A stretch of DNA of 64,000 bases from a virus: the IMG/VR virus record IMGVR_UViG_3300031087_000014. One strand, 5' to 3'. A model generated the notes under the pieces. The model searched no databases. It was not told the DNA's origin and saw nothing but the letters and a program-made list of their open reading frames with translations. A program made the translations under genes and the position numbers. Shown in pieces: positions 17,321 through 25,753 of the stretch; position 1 is the stretch's first letter, and every line of letters begins with the position of its first letter.

Positions 17321-17411
17321 TGGAGGAAGGTAATGGAGTCGAACCATCATCGGCTATTAACCGATGGGCTGGTTTTCAAGACCAGTTACTCACCGCTGAG
17401 TCCTACCTTCC
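17321..17411 (-). tRNA. tRNA-Ser(TGA)
   Basis: ctggt-CTTGAAA-accag; long variable arm. Confidence 0.9.
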
Positions 17412-17452
17412 TTTAAGTAGTTGTTAACTAACAATCTTCTCTACTTAATACC

Positions 17453-17481
17453 AATGTACCACGTATTTGATTGTCTGTCAA
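17453..17481 (-). promoter_or_regulatory. sigma70-like promoter for the tRNA array
   Basis: TTGACA-17-TACATT. Confidence 0.65.
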
Positions 17482-17498
17482 CAACTATTTTAAACTAT

Positions 17499-17678
17499 TT
17501 ACTGCTTGGTAGAACGAGCGCGTTCACGCTTAGTTTTACCAGTACGGATGCGGTGAGACACTTTCTTCACTTCGCCGTTGATGGTAATTTCAACTGGCTT
17601 ACTTTCAGTCTGAGTAGACTTGCTCTCAAACTGGAAAGGCTGAATGATTTTGTCTACTGCGCTTACTTTCTTACCCAT
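17499..17678 (-). CDS. small basic hypothetical protein (59 aa)
   Basis: AAGGAG RBS, ATG at 17678 (MGKKVSAV...). Confidence 0.6.
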   Translation of the reverse strand: MGKKVSAVDKIIQPFQFESKSTQTESKPVEITINGEVKKVSHRIRTGKTKRERARSTKQ

Positions 17679-17877
17679 TATGTCTCTCCTTATATGATTT
17701 ATTTTTAAATTGTGCCTCTCTGTCGCCATAAGCGAGGCTACTTACTATGATCGGAAAACAAAAAGTTACAATAACTTTTAAAAACGATGGCTTGTATATT
17801 TCATTAAGTTGTGCTCGACAAGAAGGCTAGTCTACAAACGCTACAACTTTAAATCAACGCATATACCAGACGCAAAC

Positions 17878-17954
17878 TGGCACTCCGTGAGGGATTCGAA
17901 CCCCCAACCTAGAGAGTAGAAATCTCTTGCGCTATCCAATTGCGCTAACGGAGC
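17878..17954 (-). tRNA. tRNA-Arg(TCT)
   Basis: agaga-TTTCTAC-tctct; GCCA end. Confidence 0.92.
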
Positions 17955-17990
17955 AAATATTCTCTTTAACCTTGTTGGTCAGTGAGGTAA

Positions 17991-18224
17991 CTATACTACA
18001 GTTTCAGTAATAAAGTCAACATCTTTTTTAAACTTTCTTTTCTTGTTCCCAAAAATAACTCCACATACAGAGCACTTCTGACCTGGAGCTACTAAATCTC
18101 TATCGCAGCCACACCATACTCGCACTTTCTTTGGTGACTTGGCCTTTACTCTATTCGAATGTCTTTTGTAAGTCAATCTCTTTTCTCCCTTCACGACGAG
18201 CTTTCTTTCTTTTTGCTCGGTCAA
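17991..18224 (-). CDS. small Cys-rich (CxC...CxxC) basic protein
   Basis: ORF track; true start may be the TTG at 18176. Confidence 0.5.
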   Translation of the reverse strand: MTEQKERKLVVKGEKRLTYKRHSNRVKAKSPKKVRVWCGCDRDLVAPGQKCSVCGVIFGNKKRKFKKDVDFITETVV

Positions 18225-18327
18225 TTACTTTTCTGACAGTCCAGTGTCGCTGAGTTCGATCAGGATGGAAGCAGCAACCCCAACCACAGATAGAGTTATC
18301 TTTTTCTGTGTGTCCATATGGTTTCAT
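18151..18327 (-). CDS. small basic hypothetical protein (58 aa, MKPYGHTEK...)
   Basis: GGAGG RBS plus ATG; below the ORF-track cutoff. Confidence 0.55.
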   Translation of the reverse strand: MKPYGHTEKDNSICGWGCCFHPDRTQRHWTVRKVIDRAKRKKARREGRKEIDLQKTFE

Positions 18328-18408
18328 TATTACCTCCGATAAAAATAATAAGAAAGAGTGTTTCTTTATTATTACTTCTAAAGAAAGCCCCCGAAGGGGC
18401 TTATAAAA

Positions 18409-19017
18409 TTACTTGCCGTTGTTAACGGTAACACCCTGGCGCTGAGCATCAGCACGAGCGATTTCCAGACGAGTTTCACGTTCTGCGGTAATCTGACCTT
18501 TCAGATCTTTGTTCTGCTCTTCGAGGAAGGCAATACGCTGTTCAAAAGATTTCTCGTTAGCTTCGAACTGAGCGATGGCTACGCGATGGTTTGATTCGAT
18601 TGCAGACTTCTGAGCGTTAAACGCGATTGCTGCTGAACGTTCACCTGCTGCTTTGGCTTCTGCCAGAGCGTCTTCGTTAGAATCCTGAGCCACAGCCAGA
18701 TCTGAACGGAGGGTAGCCAGTTCTTTAGGATCGATAGTTACCAGAGTACGAGATTTCAGAAGAGTACCAAGTACTTTATCTTCGTCTTCAATTACTTTCA
18801 GTTTCAGTTCAGCAGAAGCTTCACGGAATTTAGTATCGAACTGCTGATTCAGGTTATCCAGATCATTCTGCTTGTATTCGATATCAGTCGCCAGAGAAAC
18901 AGCTTGGTCAGCGATTGCTGCCAGATCCTGGGTGATTTTAACCAGGCCAGTTGCTGCGGTGTTCAGTGCTTTAGTAGAACGATCTGCTACGGTGATTACT
19001 TTTTTAACTTCTGACAT
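18409..19017 (-). CDS. coiled-coil hypothetical protein, probably highly expressed
   Basis: 202 aa; GAGGAG RBS; strongly biased codons; followed by a terminator. Confidence 0.8.
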   Translation of the reverse strand: MSEVKKVITVADRSTKALNTAATGLVKITQDLAAIADQAVSLATDIEYKQNDLDNLNQQFDTKFREASAELKLKVIEDEDKVLGTLLKSRTLVTIDPKELATLRSDLAVAQDSNEDALAEAKAAGERSAAIAFNAQKSAIESNHRVAIAQFEANEKSFEQRIAFLEEQNKDLKGQITAERETRLEIARADAQRQGVTVNNGK

Positions 19018-19098
19018 ATCTATATTCTCCTCTAAGAATTATTTATTTTTGATTAGTAATCTGTCCACTATATTAGTGAACAGAGCATTAAACAAAGT

Positions 19099-19205
19099 TG
19101 GAGCCGGATGGTGGAGTCGAACCACCTATGTATTCACATCACCCTAAAAGTGAATGCTGTTTTCGGGCTTTGATGGCCCCGCCCTTACCCAAGGGCTTAT
19201 CCGGC
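19099..19205 (-). ncRNA. 107-nt atypical tRNA with CA-TCA-AA loop and oversized variable arm
   Basis: gccggat/atccggc plus TCCA; D arm gccctt-gggt-aagggc; gggc-CATCAAA-gccc; T-arm ggtgg-TTCGACT-ccacc. Confidence 0.7.
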
Positions 19206-19207
19206 GT

Positions 19208-19333
19208 TGGTTGATGCGTAACAGGACTCGAACCTGCAATGTGTGAGTCATCGGCGGCTTCCGGTAAGCTACGGCGCTCAACCGTAGTAGATTCCCTATT
19301 CCCCCGCGTCTACCTATTTCGCCAGACGCATCA
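19208..19333 (-). ncRNA. 126-nt Leu-like tRNA-scaffold RNA
   Basis: 8-bp acceptor tgatgcgt/acgcatca plus ACCA; Leu-type D arm GCGAAATAGGTAGACGC; TTCGAGT T-arm; expanded central region. Confidence 0.65.
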
Positions 19334-19350
19334 TTGTTTCAACGAGGAGG

Positions 19351-19380
19351 ATATTAACACGGTTTTTGATACCGTGTCAA
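19351..19380 (-). promoter_or_regulatory. sigma70-like promoter
   Basis: TTGACA-18-TAATAT just upstream of the first tRNA-like RNA. Confidence 0.6.
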
Positions 19381-19439
19381 CACCTTTTATTTAAATAATC
19401 TCAATAATACGCATTTATTTTCTCCCTCTGAGATTATTG

Positions 19440-19553
19440 TTAAGTTGAGGAAGAATCAGTACGGTCACAACACTTGCTACCAAGGTGTTTACCCAAGGCA
19501 AAAGCAACAAGCAAAGAGACCAACTGGACGGAGATTGCTATTTCAAGAGCCAT
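19440..19553 (-). CDS. small membrane peptide (37 aa)
   Basis: AAGGAG RBS; MALEIAISVQLVSLLVAFALGK hydrophobic stretch. Confidence 0.45.
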   Translation of the reverse strand: MALEIAISVQLVSLLVAFALGKHLGSKCCDRTDSSST

Positions 19554-19562
19554 AATCGCTCC

Positions 19563-19826
19563 TTACGTAGTTGGAGATCCGTTCATTGTAGAGATTACAA
19601 TTTCGGATTTCACGGTTTGTGATCGAACCCAGGCTGAACCAAACTCCGGTGCAATAGTGCTCCAGTTAGCCAAGCGGTGATGATCGTGAGTAAATGCAGT
19701 AGGCATAGTTTCGCTGAATGCAAGATAGACGTTTCCGACTCTTACTTCAACAACCGAAACAGTGCTTCCGTCAATCACTTTAATCCAACCGTCAGTGTCC
19801 GTTAGTGAGTATGACTTAGTTGCCAT
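19563..19826 (-). CDS. hypothetical protein
   Basis: 87 aa; AAGGA RBS. Confidence 0.7.
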   Translation of the reverse strand: MATKSYSLTDTDGWIKVIDGSTVSVVEVRVGNVYLAFSETMPTAFTHDHHRLANWSTIAPEFGSAWVRSQTVKSEIVISTMNGSPTT

Positions 19827-19835
19827 TGTGTTTCC

Positions 19836-20054
19836 TTAATCTAGGTTATTTGAGGGTGATGGTGTATATTGAGTAAGAACATCGGTGATATCTTGATGAT
19901 GATACTCTCTATACTCTGAATCATCTGATGCTAGGCTAGTACATACGGAACATAAGTCCGATTCTTTAATCAGTCCACTCTTGCTGGCGTTAGCCCTATT
20001 GTGAAGTTTCCGATTACAAGCTTTACATCTAAAATGAAAACTGTGTCCATTCAT
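19836..20054 (-). CDS. small zinc-finger protein
   Basis: CKAC...CSVC; preceded by a TTGACA-18-TATATT promoter-like site. Confidence 0.6.
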   Translation of the reverse strand: MNGHSFHFRCKACNRKLHNRANASKSGLIKESDLCSVCTSLASDDSEYREYHHQDITDVLTQYTPSPSNNLD

Positions 20055-20156
20055 AGTAGTTGCTCATACACAGAGGGAGTATTAGCAAGCTTTAATATAC
20101 CACGAATAGAGGGGAGTTGTCAATCTGTCTGACGCATCCCCTACCCTCTTTATAAC

Positions 20157-21866
20157 TTATTTCAGATACTTGCTCACCGTTTCATCCAAGATGCAGCGAA
20201 CTTCGTCGATACTTACGTCAACAACCATTTGGCTATTGCGGAAGATTTCTTTCAGTTCATTGCGCTCTGACGAGATATCGGAGAAAGACAAACCATCTTC
20301 CAATACCAGATCTCCATCTGGGCTAGCCACTACAGCCAAGAATCCACGAGCAGAACGTTTACCTAAGTCGGTTTTTGGTTCCTTGCTTACAAGAATCTCG
20401 TTACCGTCAATGATACAACCTGTAGCTTTACAAGCAAAGCCGAAAGTATCACGAGTGCTGTAGTTGTAAGTGTAACTACCAACACCAAGAACGATATTGC
20501 TCGATGCAAAACCATTCGCCTCCAGACGTTTGAAGATTTCCTTGGTCAGACTAACAGTAATACTGTCACCGTAGATCAGGCCAATATGTTCATCCAGAAC
20601 TTTGTAGCCCTTACTGTTGACAGTGCCGCCAAAGGTTTCCCACAGAATCTGAATAGTACCTACAGCTTCGTGACGGGGAATCTCATATACTTCGTTGATG
20701 CTGGCGTTAATGGTACGATCACCAGTAATATCGTAGTATTTGTCACGGTCTTCCAGGTAAATAACTTCTGTACTAATTCCAACACTCGAAGTCTGCATTG
20801 TCTGCCAATCTTTGAAGCTTTCAATCTTGTAACCGCAAATAATATGCAGGGGCTTACCGCTATCTGGACGGATAACTAATTTACCGTCACGTTCCATAAT
20901 CTCTTCTTTCAAGAGAGGAAGGATCTCAGTGACCAGCGCCCAATAGTCATAACTATCTGCCACGTAAGACACGATGCCGTCAGGGTAAATCTGAGTGACA
21001 TACTTACGCAAGAATTCCAGTTCAGAGAAGAAGCGTTGTTCATCAACGTTCATTGCTGCAAAACCATCAACTTCGATCATCAGTTTAGCCAAGATATCAC
21101 TAATGTTGGTGGTAGCTACGCTGTGTTCTGATGCTGGGATGCTTCCAGCTACAAAGGTATCTTCGCCGTAGTAGAAATCATCTACGTAGCAAACTGCACG
21201 TAATGTGTCAGTACCTTTAAATGCCAGTAAGTGACCGAAGCCTGAACGATAGCCATCATCGATACCAGATAAGCCACGAGCAGAGAAATCGTGAAACTGG
21301 AAGGCTAAGTGATCTTTGCTGTCACAAGTAGATTCAGCGTAAGACTCACCCAGCAGACGATACTGGAATGCGATAGTCGCATTGTTCATTGTCTTCCAGG
21401 TTTCTGCACTCAGCATAGTTTCCAGATAGTTCACCAACCAAGCAAAGCCTGCTACTGTATTGTGAATCGTATAAACTGGAACCTGAATCGGACACAGTAC
21501 ACCTTCTGGTAGCGCTCGTACAGACAGAGGCAAATAACCTAAGTCGTGCAGTGCTTCGATGTGATCAGTGCGATTCTGACGACCGTTATAGCGAGTCATA
21601 AACTTAGAGTATTCCGCAACGACTTCATCTTTTGGACGAGAGAAGAAGTTTTCATTCCAATCGTCAATCAGTCGTTCTTTAATCACGCCCTGGATACCAG
21701 CAGCAATTACGCCGCGAGGTGCATTAGGTGCGTAATGCGGGAAGTACTTATCACCGCGAGGGGTGAAGTTAGAAAACAGGATTTCCATATTGTCAGCGTA
21801 CTGGTCAATGTGGCTTGGTTTGTAACCGTCAGTGTTGAACAGTGGGTTTTTAATACGTTTAGCCAT
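20157..21866 (-). CDS. NAMPT-like enzyme (Namat of NARP1-type NAD+ reconstitution)
   Basis: TDGYKPSH, FHDFSARG, IPASEHS, VIRPDSG, GLIYGDSI and RDTFGFA motifs. Confidence 0.9.
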   Translation of the reverse strand: MAKRIKNPLFNTDGYKPSHIDQYADNMEILFSNFTPRGDKYFPHYAPNAPRGVIAAGIQGVIKERLIDDWNENFFSRPKDEVVAEYSKFMTRYNGRQNRTDHIEALHDLGYLPLSVRALPEGVLCPIQVPVYTIHNTVAGFAWLVNYLETMLSAETWKTMNNATIAFQYRLLGESYAESTCDSKDHLAFQFHDFSARGLSGIDDGYRSGFGHLLAFKGTDTLRAVCYVDDFYYGEDTFVAGSIPASEHSVATTNISDILAKLMIEVDGFAAMNVDEQRFFSELEFLRKYVTQIYPDGIVSYVADSYDYWALVTEILPLLKEEIMERDGKLVIRPDSGKPLHIICGYKIESFKDWQTMQTSSVGISTEVIYLEDRDKYYDITGDRTINASINEVYEIPRHEAVGTIQILWETFGGTVNSKGYKVLDEHIGLIYGDSITVSLTKEIFKRLEANGFASSNIVLGVGSYTYNYSTRDTFGFACKATGCIIDGNEILVSKEPKTDLGKRSARGFLAVVASPDGDLVLEDGLSFSDISSERNELKEIFRNSQMVVDVSIDEVRCILDETVSKYLK

Positions 21867-21929
21867 AATCATATCTCCTTTTCGTTTTCGATAGGGAGAG
21901 TCTACACCCTCCCTGATTATTGTCAATAC

Positions 21930-22820
21930 TTAGTTGTAGTATTTGTTCAAAATAACACGGCGACTGATCCCCTGGTTTAGTACGAGGATATCTTGGTCAA
22001 TCTCAACATTATCTTTCCAGACGTTAAGAGAGTGTACGCGGTCAATGATACCTTCCAGAGGACGAAGCCCTTTAGAGAAAATACCGTGAGTTACGTAGAG
22101 ATCTACACGTCCTGCGTTACGACTCTTGAGAAGTTCAGCTAGTTTGATGAATGTATAGCCGCCGTCACAGATATCATCCACGATGATTAGATTTCGACCT
22201 TTGAAGTCTTGGACAGAAATATCTGTGTGTTTGATAGCTCCAGTAGCAGTATCACGAATCTTTTCAGCACAGTAAACATCTACTCCACCTAATTCTTTCG
22301 CAACCTTGAAGATTTTCTTCAAAGCGCCAGCGTCAGGAGACACGATAGCGAAGTTATCCATTGGGATGTAGTGTCCCAGCATTTCTTTCACAATCTTCTC
22401 TTGTGGAATGATGGTGAGTCGGTCGATCAGTGCCGGAGTAACGTCACTGTGCGGATCTGCAATTACCACCTCTTCAAAGTCCCAGCTATTGATGATATTA
22501 GCAAACACCTTAAGCCCGAATGCCTCTCCTGCTTCACAAGGGCGATCCTGACGACCGTAAGGAACGTAGAGCATAATCAGCTTCACTGGAACACGGAAGT
22601 GAGCACAACGCGATATAGCGTCTTTAATCATACCTACTCGCATAAGGTCATCACTGCTGCGGATTTCTGCTTCAATAATCACTTCATCACCGTAAGAGAT
22701 TTCCTTTAATGCTTCTGGCAGAACAATGTGTTCTTCCCCAGCAGAGAATCGGAAAGACTTAACAGGACACTCAATCGTGTTCATATTAAAACCTAACATA
22801 GTGCGGATACTTACTTTCAT
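21930..22820 (-). CDS. ribose-phosphate pyrophosphokinase-like enzyme (Adps of NARP1-type pathway)
   Basis: FSAGE, YVPYGRQDR, DPHS, VSPDAGA and IVDDICDGGYT motifs. Confidence 0.9.
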   Translation of the reverse strand: MKVSIRTMLGFNMNTIECPVKSFRFSAGEEHIVLPEALKEISYGDEVIIEAEIRSSDDLMRVGMIKDAISRCAHFRVPVKLIMLYVPYGRQDRPCEAGEAFGLKVFANIINSWDFEEVVIADPHSDVTPALIDRLTIIPQEKIVKEMLGHYIPMDNFAIVSPDAGALKKIFKVAKELGGVDVYCAEKIRDTATGAIKHTDISVQDFKGRNLIIVDDICDGGYTFIKLAELLKSRNAGRVDLYVTHGIFSKGLRPLEGIIDRVHSLNVWKDNVEIDQDILVLNQGISRRVILNKYYN

Positions 22821-23041
22821 ACATTCACCTCCAATTTTGCGTTAACAGGGATTGCTACGCCGTCTATAGGCATTGAATCTACCACACCTTTGTTCAGGTT
22901 GACAAGATAAATCATATCTTCTGCTTCACCAGGTGGACGCTCAATAATCATAAAATACTCACGCCCCACTTTGATAACATCTCCGATATCCAGTTTGCGT
23001 ACATCGACAAACACCTGACCACCAGCCTGTATAATAATCAT
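22817..23041 (-). CDS. small beta-barrel-like protein, paralog 4
   Basis: 74 aa; LDIGDVIK..YFMI..LVNLNKG shared pattern. Confidence 0.7.
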   Translation of the reverse strand: MIIIQAGGQVFVDVRKLDIGDVIKVGREYFMIIERPPGEAEDMIYLVNLNKGVVDSMPIDGVAIPVNAKLEVNV

Positions 23042-23262
23042 AACACCACCTCCATAGAAACAGAAGTCGCAGCTTCAACAAGGGATTCCCCATCGGGAGA
23101 GATAAGATACCCATCCTTTAAGCGTACACATTGTGGATCACCGTACCCATCTTCTTCATCAGACTTGATATAGAAATCACCATCATAGATGAATACTGAT
23201 CCGTCTTCAAGATTCACAAGCTTCTCTACCCTGGAAGCCTTAGTGTGTTTAATATCAATCAT
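23038..23262 (-). CDS. small beta-barrel-like protein, paralog 3
   Basis: 74 aa; LEDGSVFIYDG..DE..CVRLKDG. Confidence 0.75.
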   Translation of the reverse strand: MIDIKHTKASRVEKLVNLEDGSVFIYDGDFYIKSDEEDGYGDPQCVRLKDGYLISPDGESLVEAATSVSMEVVL

Positions 23263-23483
23263 ATGTCAATCTCCATTTTTGCAGAGTGGGCTACATCAAC
23301 AGTAGCGGCAGGGTCATAAGTAAATAATTGACCATCACGAATTCTAACGCAGCGAATATCTCCGTATTCATCTGTCTCGTCGGTGAGGATATGGAATGTA
23401 CCATCATAGTTAAAGACAGTACCGCTTTGGAGGCTACCCAGCCTTCCGGTTTGCTTCTGATTCTTTTGTGATATTTCAATCAT
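23259..23483 (-). CDS. small beta-barrel-like protein, paralog 2
   Basis: 74 aa from ATG 23483; LQSGTVFNYDG..DE..CVRIRDG. Confidence 0.75.
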   Translation of the reverse strand: MIEISQKNQKQTGRLGSLQSGTVFNYDGTFHILTDETDEYGDIRCVRIRDGQLFTYDPAATVDVAHSAKMEIDI

Positions 23484-23703
23484 AGAATACCTCCATTGAT
23501 GCATTGTGTATAGGGGTGACTTCGTGACTCTGTGAGATACGACTAATATCTCCTGTAGCTAAGTCTACACAAACTGATGAATGACCCGCTCCTACTTCAT
23601 CTGTCTTCATAAACACAGAGTCTTCAAACTTGAATAAACCCCCAATTGGTAAGAGCAGAATGCTGGTTTTATTTTTCTTAGCAACTTCTTTAATCTCTAA
23701 CAT
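23476..23703 (-). CDS. small beta-barrel-like protein, paralog 1
   Basis: 75 aa; LPIGGLFKF..MKTDE..CVDLATG; AGGAGG RBS. Confidence 0.75.
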   Translation of the reverse strand: MLEIKEVAKKNKTSILLLPIGGLFKFEDSVFMKTDEVGAGHSSVCVDLATGDISRISQSHEVTPIHNASMEVFYD

Positions 23704-23732
23704 AATTCCTCCTGTTTCGTTTCGATGGATGT

Positions 23733-23762
23733 AATGTACTCCTTAACGACTTCACCTGTCAA
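23733..23762 (-). promoter_or_regulatory. sigma70-like promoter for the paralog/NARP operon
   Basis: TTGACA-18-TACATT. Confidence 0.6.
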
Positions 23763-23796
23763 ACTCTTTTTGAAAATAATATCTTCTATATAGATC

Positions 23797-24027
23797 TGTT
23801 GTTCCTTCGTCACAACATCTCTGTTATCTAAACTCACTTCGTTCGTTAAGATAAAACAACCTAAAACATTAAAAACAAAAGAAGTTATTACTACTCACTC
23901 CCTTCGGTCGTTCGTAGAAGATCAGTAGGGTAACACACTTTAAAACAAAAGTCAACAACAAAAGAATAAATATTTAAGTCTTTTGTCTTTAATACTCAGT
24001 ATGTTCGCTTCGCTCCCATACTTCGTA
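23797..24027 (-). repeat. four GAA-triloop hairpins with tandem GA mismatches
   Basis: e.g. ctac-GA-ac-GA-cc-GAA-gg-GA-gt-GA-gtag; in the AT-rich strand-switch region. Confidence 0.75.
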
Positions 24028-24119
24028 AGAGAGGGTATCACAATTTAGACTAAAAATCAAGTTGTATTATGTTTTATTTAATGGTAGAGTGCAGGCTGTT
24101 TTTACAGAGGAGAATGAAA

Positions 24120-24260
24120 ATGAACAAATCGCTTGCAATGTCACTGCTAACTATGCAGAATGTAGACCTTACCCCGAAAGCTAAGCGCGGTGGTGCAGCT
24201 ACCCACAAAGGGAAGCTTACTAAGACCGATTCTAAGCTTCTTAAAAGTAAACCTTGGTGA
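24120..24260 (+). CDS. small basic hypothetical protein
   Basis: GAGGAG RBS. Confidence 0.55.
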   Translation: MNKSLAMSLLTMQNVDLTPKAKRGGAATHKGKLTKTDSKLLKSKPW

Positions 24261-24442
24261 TTTATCGTCTTATGTGATAAAGTGCCTTAAAATGCGATAC
24301 AGGAGGTGCTAGGTGTATTCTATTGTGAGTAAGGTGATGTTCGGTGAACTGTATCACTGTGTCTATGAAAACAGTGTGAGTGTAGGGGCCTGGCATCACT
24401 TGGATTTACCTAAAAAGTTTAAATATTTACTGGAGAATTAAT

Positions 24443-24625
24443 ATGCCTATTTATGATTACCACTGCAAAGAACACGGATCATTTGAGAAGATGAAGAAGA
24501 TCTCCGAACGATCCTCTGCCAACTGTCCTGAGTGTGAGGCTGAGTGTGAGCAAAGTATTACCGCTCCGAAGATGGTGAACGGTGGTTTCTGCGATAAGTC
24601 TATGAAATTAAGCAAGAAGTTTTAA
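24443..24625 (+). CDS. FmdB-family zinc-ribbon protein
   Basis: MPIYDYHCKEHG.FE...CPEC. Confidence 0.8.
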   Translation: MPIYDYHCKEHGSFEKMKKISERSSANCPECEAECEQSITAPKMVNGGFCDKSMKLSKKF

Positions 24626-24643
24626 CAGGAGGAAATTTAGAGT

Positions 24644-25753
24644 ATGAAGATTATCCCATTAAGTATTGCGAAGTCGTATGTAAGTCACTGGAGTTGGTGG
24701 GAAGGAGTGAGAGAACTCCTCCAGAACGCAGTTGACACAAAGGATTATGAGGTGCAAATCTCAGAGAAAAACGAGATCATCATTATCTCTCGCGGGGATC
24801 GTATCCCTGTCAGTGCATTGCTTATGGGTAAATCTGGCAAGCAGGATGATGACAGCACCATCGGAAAGTTTGGTGAAGGTATGAAACTTGCTTTCTTGGT
24901 ATTGGGGCGTCTAGGTGCAACAGTCGTAGTGCAAAACTATGATGAAGTGTGGCATCCTGCCTTCCAATGGAGTGATACTTTCCAGGAGGAATGTCTTTCT
25001 ATCGGAATCGTATCGGCTGTAGATATTGGAGAGGTTCAGATTACTATCTCCGGTGTTCCTGATGAAGTGTTGGAAGAGGTGAGCGATAAGTTTCTCCCTC
25101 TTCAAGACAGAACTCCTGAACATTCATCCCACAACGGAGAAGCCTACAAGAAAGATGCAGACGGCTGTGACCTGTATATCAATGGTATCTTCGTCACTAA
25201 TATGGAAGGTCGTTATAAATATGACTACAATTTCAGGCCATCGGCGTTTACGTTAGACCGAGATCGAAATACCGCAAAGGATTTTGAGGTTCGTTGGGAG
25301 GCAAGTGCATTATTGATGAATGCAAACCAGTTCTTGCTTATTGCTGAAATGGTGTCTGATGGATATCTGGATGTTGAGCACTTCAAATATCACAGTAGCT
25401 GTGCAACCCAGGAAGAGAAAGACGATATGGATAGCTTGGCTGTATCTCTGTTCTTCACGCAGCACGGAGAAAATGCTTGGGCTATCAACCGTAGCTGGGA
25501 GGACGGTAAACGCCGTCTCGTCACTAAGGCTTGTATTGATAAGGGATACATCCCTGTAGAAGTGCCGGATGGACTATATCATCTGCTGAAAGGTAAGTTT
25601 GCTGTTGACAAAGATATGCAGGAGGTGTTAAGCTTCAAGCCAATCGAGTTCTTAGAAGGTTTCCTTGCCGAGAACAAACGTCATATGCGGTCTAAGCCTG
25701 TACGTCAGTTGAAAGCCGTTATCGAACGACTCAAAATTATCCGAGGAGCTTAA
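24644..25753 (+). CDS. GHKL (HATPase_c) domain protein
   Basis: RELLQNAVD and IGKFGEGMKLA motifs. Confidence 0.75.
   Translation: MKIIPLSIAKSYVSHWSWWEGVRELLQNAVDTKDYEVQISEKNEIIIISRGDRIPVSALLMGKSGKQDDDSTIGKFGEGMKLAFLVLGRLGATVVVQNYDEVWHPAFQWSDTFQEECLSIGIVSAVDIGEVQITISGVPDEVLEEVSDKFLPLQDRTPEHSSHNGEAYKKDADGCDLYINGIFVTNMEGRYKYDYNFRPSAFTLDRDRNTAKDFEVRWEASALLMNANQFLLIAEMVSDGYLDVEHFKYHSSCATQEEKDDMDSLAVSLFFTQHGENAWAINRSWEDGKRRLVTKACIDKGYIPVEVPDGLYHLLKGKFAVDKDMQEVLSFKPIEFLEGFLAENKRHMRSKPVRQLKAVIERLKIIRGA

Noticed and set aside
23797-24027. CRISPR array or direct-repeat iterons
   Set aside because: The units share structure but not identical sequence, and the spacing is irregular
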